A DNA stretch of 62,623 nt, the filler included. It is 7 parts of 7 records of this genome, joined end to end, with 100 filler letters (N's around TTAATTAATTAA, not from the genome) between each part and the next. Parts side by side here need not be neighbours in the genome. Positions count along the whole stretch, not along the records: positions 56,510 to 62,623 come from SRR31156797_13180; 6 more parts are not named here. One strand, given 5' to 3'. A model generated the notes under the pieces. It had not been told where the DNA came from and did no database searches. It saw only the letters and a list, made by a program, of their open reading frames with translations. Below are positions 59,501-62,623 of this stretch, one piece after another. Within the stretch, counting starts at the first letter, position 1, and every line of letters begins with the position of its first letter. The translations under genes were made by a program, and so were the position numbers.

Positions 59501-62294
59501 CATAAAAAGCACGATTATCACTGAATGTGCTTTTTCGAACGTCAAGACTTGAATTGCTGCAACTAATCCCAGCGCCATCCAAAGCAGTATTTCCATAAAT
59601 AGTACAATTTTCAATTGTTAATTCGGAATATCTACAGTGAATCCCACCTCCCAATGTAGTCGTGTACTCCTCCCCAAACGCATTTCCGCCCGTTATTGAG
59701 AAACCATCAAGAATGCTACATTCGGCTTCCTGGTTATAATAAACAGCACTAACAACATGAAAGGAATTCTCTTCGCGGCCATTCGTGCCGACATCATTTC
59801 GACTTAGATCTCCACTAAGAACCGTTACGTTAGAAGTGAAGTCGCGTTCATCGAGGTCAAAAGTCTCTGGATCTTCATTTCCAGTAAACCCACCATAGAT
59901 TGAGATACCGCTAAAGAGCTTAAAAGTAGCTGAACGTGTATCTCCCGGAGTGGTTTCGGCTGATGGATAATAAGTTCCTGATGCAACCCAGATCTCAGTA
60001 ATAACTCCACCAGAGGCTCTAGCCAAATCGAGTGCGGATTGAAGATCGTTAAAAGCTGTTTCCCAGCTGAGTCCGTTTGTGTTTACTGAAGAATCGTCAT
60101 CCACGAAGAGCCGTTGCGTTTCACATTCGTCTGGAACATTATTTCCATTCATATCCTGACTTGTACCATCTGCAATCTCGCATTCATCTGGAATGCCATT
60201 GCGTTGGCAATCCTGGCTCTGACCGCACCCGGGCACGTCACATGGTCCAAAGGATGGGCCGCAATCGATATCACAACAATCTGGTAATGAATTACTGTTA
60301 CAGTCCGGTGGGTCAATGGTGAAAGCGCTCATAAACGAACCGGCATCGACAAGATCTACATCAAAATCTGAATCAAAATCAAATGCGTTGAGACACTCTG
60401 ATGGGGTTGTGGGTTGTGGGGGACTCGGTAAAGTTTCGGGACCATTCATACAATCAGGAAAATATATGTAGTCGGCGAGATCTACGTCGCCATCAAGATT
60501 GAAATCTCCGAACTTGTTGAATGTAATTCCAAAATATACATGCTGAATCTCGCCAAAGTCTTCCAGATCCACATCCTTGTCGTTATCGGAATCAAACGCT
60601 TTGCACAACGGATCGCTGTAATGGTTCAATGGTCCGGTCATGCAACCTTGCCAGTTGTCGAAGTCGCCAGAATCAATGTCACGATCACAATCAACATCGC
60701 CTAATCCAAATTCGTAGGCACCAATGTCAACAACATTACAGAACACACGGGCATGCCCATCAAGATCATTCGTCAAACCTTCAGGAAATGCGTTGTTTAT
60801 GCCAGTATTGATGCATGGTGATCCAGCGGCAATGCGAAAGTCGTTATCTTCCCATTTGCTTAAATCATTATCCGCGCCATCGGGATCGACGAAAAATGGA
60901 TAGATGTCAATACATCCTGCTCCAAACCAGGATTCACCAGTACCGCCTTGAACATTGCAATACTCGAGAGTTACTGATGCTTCGTTCGTTCCAACTTGTA
61001 TCTCTGCTGGTGTATTGTTCCATATAATGCAATTACTCATCCAGGCTGGTTCGTTGTTTTGTGCATAGCATACTGCACCTCCAAAATGAGCGGTGTTCCC
61101 AACAATTGTGCAGTTCACTATTGTTGCATTGCTGTTGCTGGCATTCATGATTGCCCCACCACCATTGGGGAAGTCGGGGACTCCAAACGCCATGTTCCCA
61201 CCAAACAGGCTATTGGTAATTTGTGTATTGCTTCCATTGTAGTTAGAAATACCACCTCCAGCAGAGGCAATGTTTTGAAAGAAGCTGCAGTTGTGTATCA
61301 CAGGACTACTGCTGTTGCTGTACATTCCACCGCCACCACCATTTGCTCCTGATGCAGCATTGTTGAGAAAAACGCAGTTGAATAATTCTGGATTGCTGTT
61401 CATGAGGTTGCAGACTCCACCTCCGAAGTGATAGCTTCCTGCAGCCAGATTGTAGCTGAATGTGCAATTCGAGAGAGTCGGATTGCTGTTGTCATAATTG
61501 AACAAACCGCCTCCACCAAATCCTTTTTCTCCAGACACGGAGTTCGATATGAAATGACAGTTTTCCAGTGTGGGACTGCAATGGCCAAAACAAACCATAG
61601 CACCACCAGCGGCTATGGCAGAATTCCTGCTGAATATGCAATTCCTGATGATTAGACTACTATTGCCGATGCTGATTCCACCAGCAGCAATTACTTCTTT
61701 GTCATCACCATTTGCGTTTCCGCCAGTGATCGCCACGCCATCAAGCACAGATGAATTATCCAGGTTGACCGCCACGGCCACGTGATAACTGTTTTCTTCG
61801 TTGTTCTGGCTGATAATACAGTTTCCATCGACGCACATACCCCCATACATGTCGCACTCTGGAGAATCCCCAGAGCAGGGCACCAACAGGTCATCCCCGT
61901 CCAGGTCACCACTCAATATGGAGGTATGGGTGTCGATGTTGCGCGAATCCGGGTTGTTCGCCCCGATACCCGCATAGCCGCCATATATCTTCACGCCATT
62001 GACCAGAACGAAAGTCGCTCCACGACGCTCTTCTGGTGCAACCTGTCCGGCCTCGGACATGTCAGGAGTGTATACTCCCCCAGCAAGGCGGATCTCATCC
62101 CCATTCGTGCTGACATCAAGTGCGTCCTGGAGATAGCGAAATGCAGTATCCCAGGTTACTCCATTGCCGCTGGCGGGGGCATCGTCGTCTACATGAATGA
62201 TCCCTGCGAGTGCAACAGCGTGAGAAGTAAGAAAGATCAGAGCCGCTCCTGCCAGCAGAAAACGCACATTGTATTCCTGTTTTTTCATAGCCAT
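56510..62294 (-). CDS. Very large secreted multidomain protein (three right-handed beta-helix modules, dockerin/EF-hand-like and DCNxNGxPDxC repeats, BACON/Ig-like domain), C-terminus missing
   Basis: Signal peptide; many NCxFxxN..GGG repeats; GSPCI...D(I/M)GA(Y/H/F)E caps; GDFNLDGDVDLADY-type Ca-binding loops; more than 1900 aa and still open at the linker. Confidence 0.82.
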
Positions 62295-62623
62295 GTCCCT
62301 TTCAAGTTGAACACCAACTGGAAGCGAAAAAGTGAATTTGTGTCAGCTTTGCTTTTGAAACCCTGTATCAGCGAAATGAAGGTGTTTTCCCCTCGCGTGC
62401 CTGAGGAACTACGCAATAACCCCTAACCCCTTCCATTTGGCAATAATACAATGTTACAAAAAAACCTGTCTGGATGCAACGAAACACCTGAAAAGCTTCT
62501 TCGATACCTGATGAAGAAGGATCAATACTTTCGCTTCGCTTATCCTTTTTTTCTTGTCTGATAGAAGTTGGTATTCCGACTGTTCGATCTTTCCGGGTAG
62601 TGGTGTTTTTTTGTCAGGAAACC

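Noticed and set aside
1-62623. CRISPR arrays, rRNA, prophage, retron or other defence systems
   Set aside because: No regularly spaced repeat-spacer units, rRNA-like stretches, cas, reverse transcriptase or phage structural genes were seen.

Overview
This window is not one genomic locus. It is seven unrelated contig fragments joined by an identical artificial 100-nt linker (N44-TTAATTAATTAA-N44). Taxonomic labels below are inferred from gene content, composition and promoter motifs. (1) 1-10396, AT-rich Bacteroidota: ExbB/TolQ, asparaginase, TatD, gdhA, an Omp85-type protein, sensor proteins, and a lipoprotein + LytS-kinase locus. That locus carries a frameshift and a complete 1429-bp IS256 with an 8-bp target duplication. 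(2) 10497-27565, Campylobacterota (Arcobacter-like): a haem-c chemoreceptor, ruvA, ddl, ttcA, folK, kdsB, a FliK-like/FlhB-C pair and many c-di-GMP and two-component genes. (3) 27666-35646, Bacteroidales housekeeping: PpiD/SurA-like, CorC/HlyC, lptC, TPR protein, coaX and a partial tRNA-Phe. (4) 35747-42468, Desulfobacterota-like: an Opp/Dpp ABC operon and an M20 amidohydrolase. (5) 42569-50019, Desulfobacterota-like: IS debris, then a probably sigma54/PilR-controlled type IVa pilin followed by a TMTC-like GT-C-TPR, a VKOR-DsbA fusion, a second GT-C and a GT2. (6) 50120-56409, Desulfobacterota-like: a non-canonical AprA/AsfA-like flavoprotein, a partner in which an AprB-like ferredoxin is split by a GltD/NfnB-type module, a class-III aminotransferase, an ABC ATPase start and two GntR-UTRA regulators. 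(7) 56510-62623, planctomycete-like: a >1900-aa secreted beta-helix/dockerin-like repeat protein. The best candidates for an undescribed system are the pilin glycosylation + disulfide cassette (segment 5) and the putative NAD(P)H-driven organosulfur reductase locus (segment 6). No database searches were run. All calls rest on motifs visible in the sequence and knowledge of the families.
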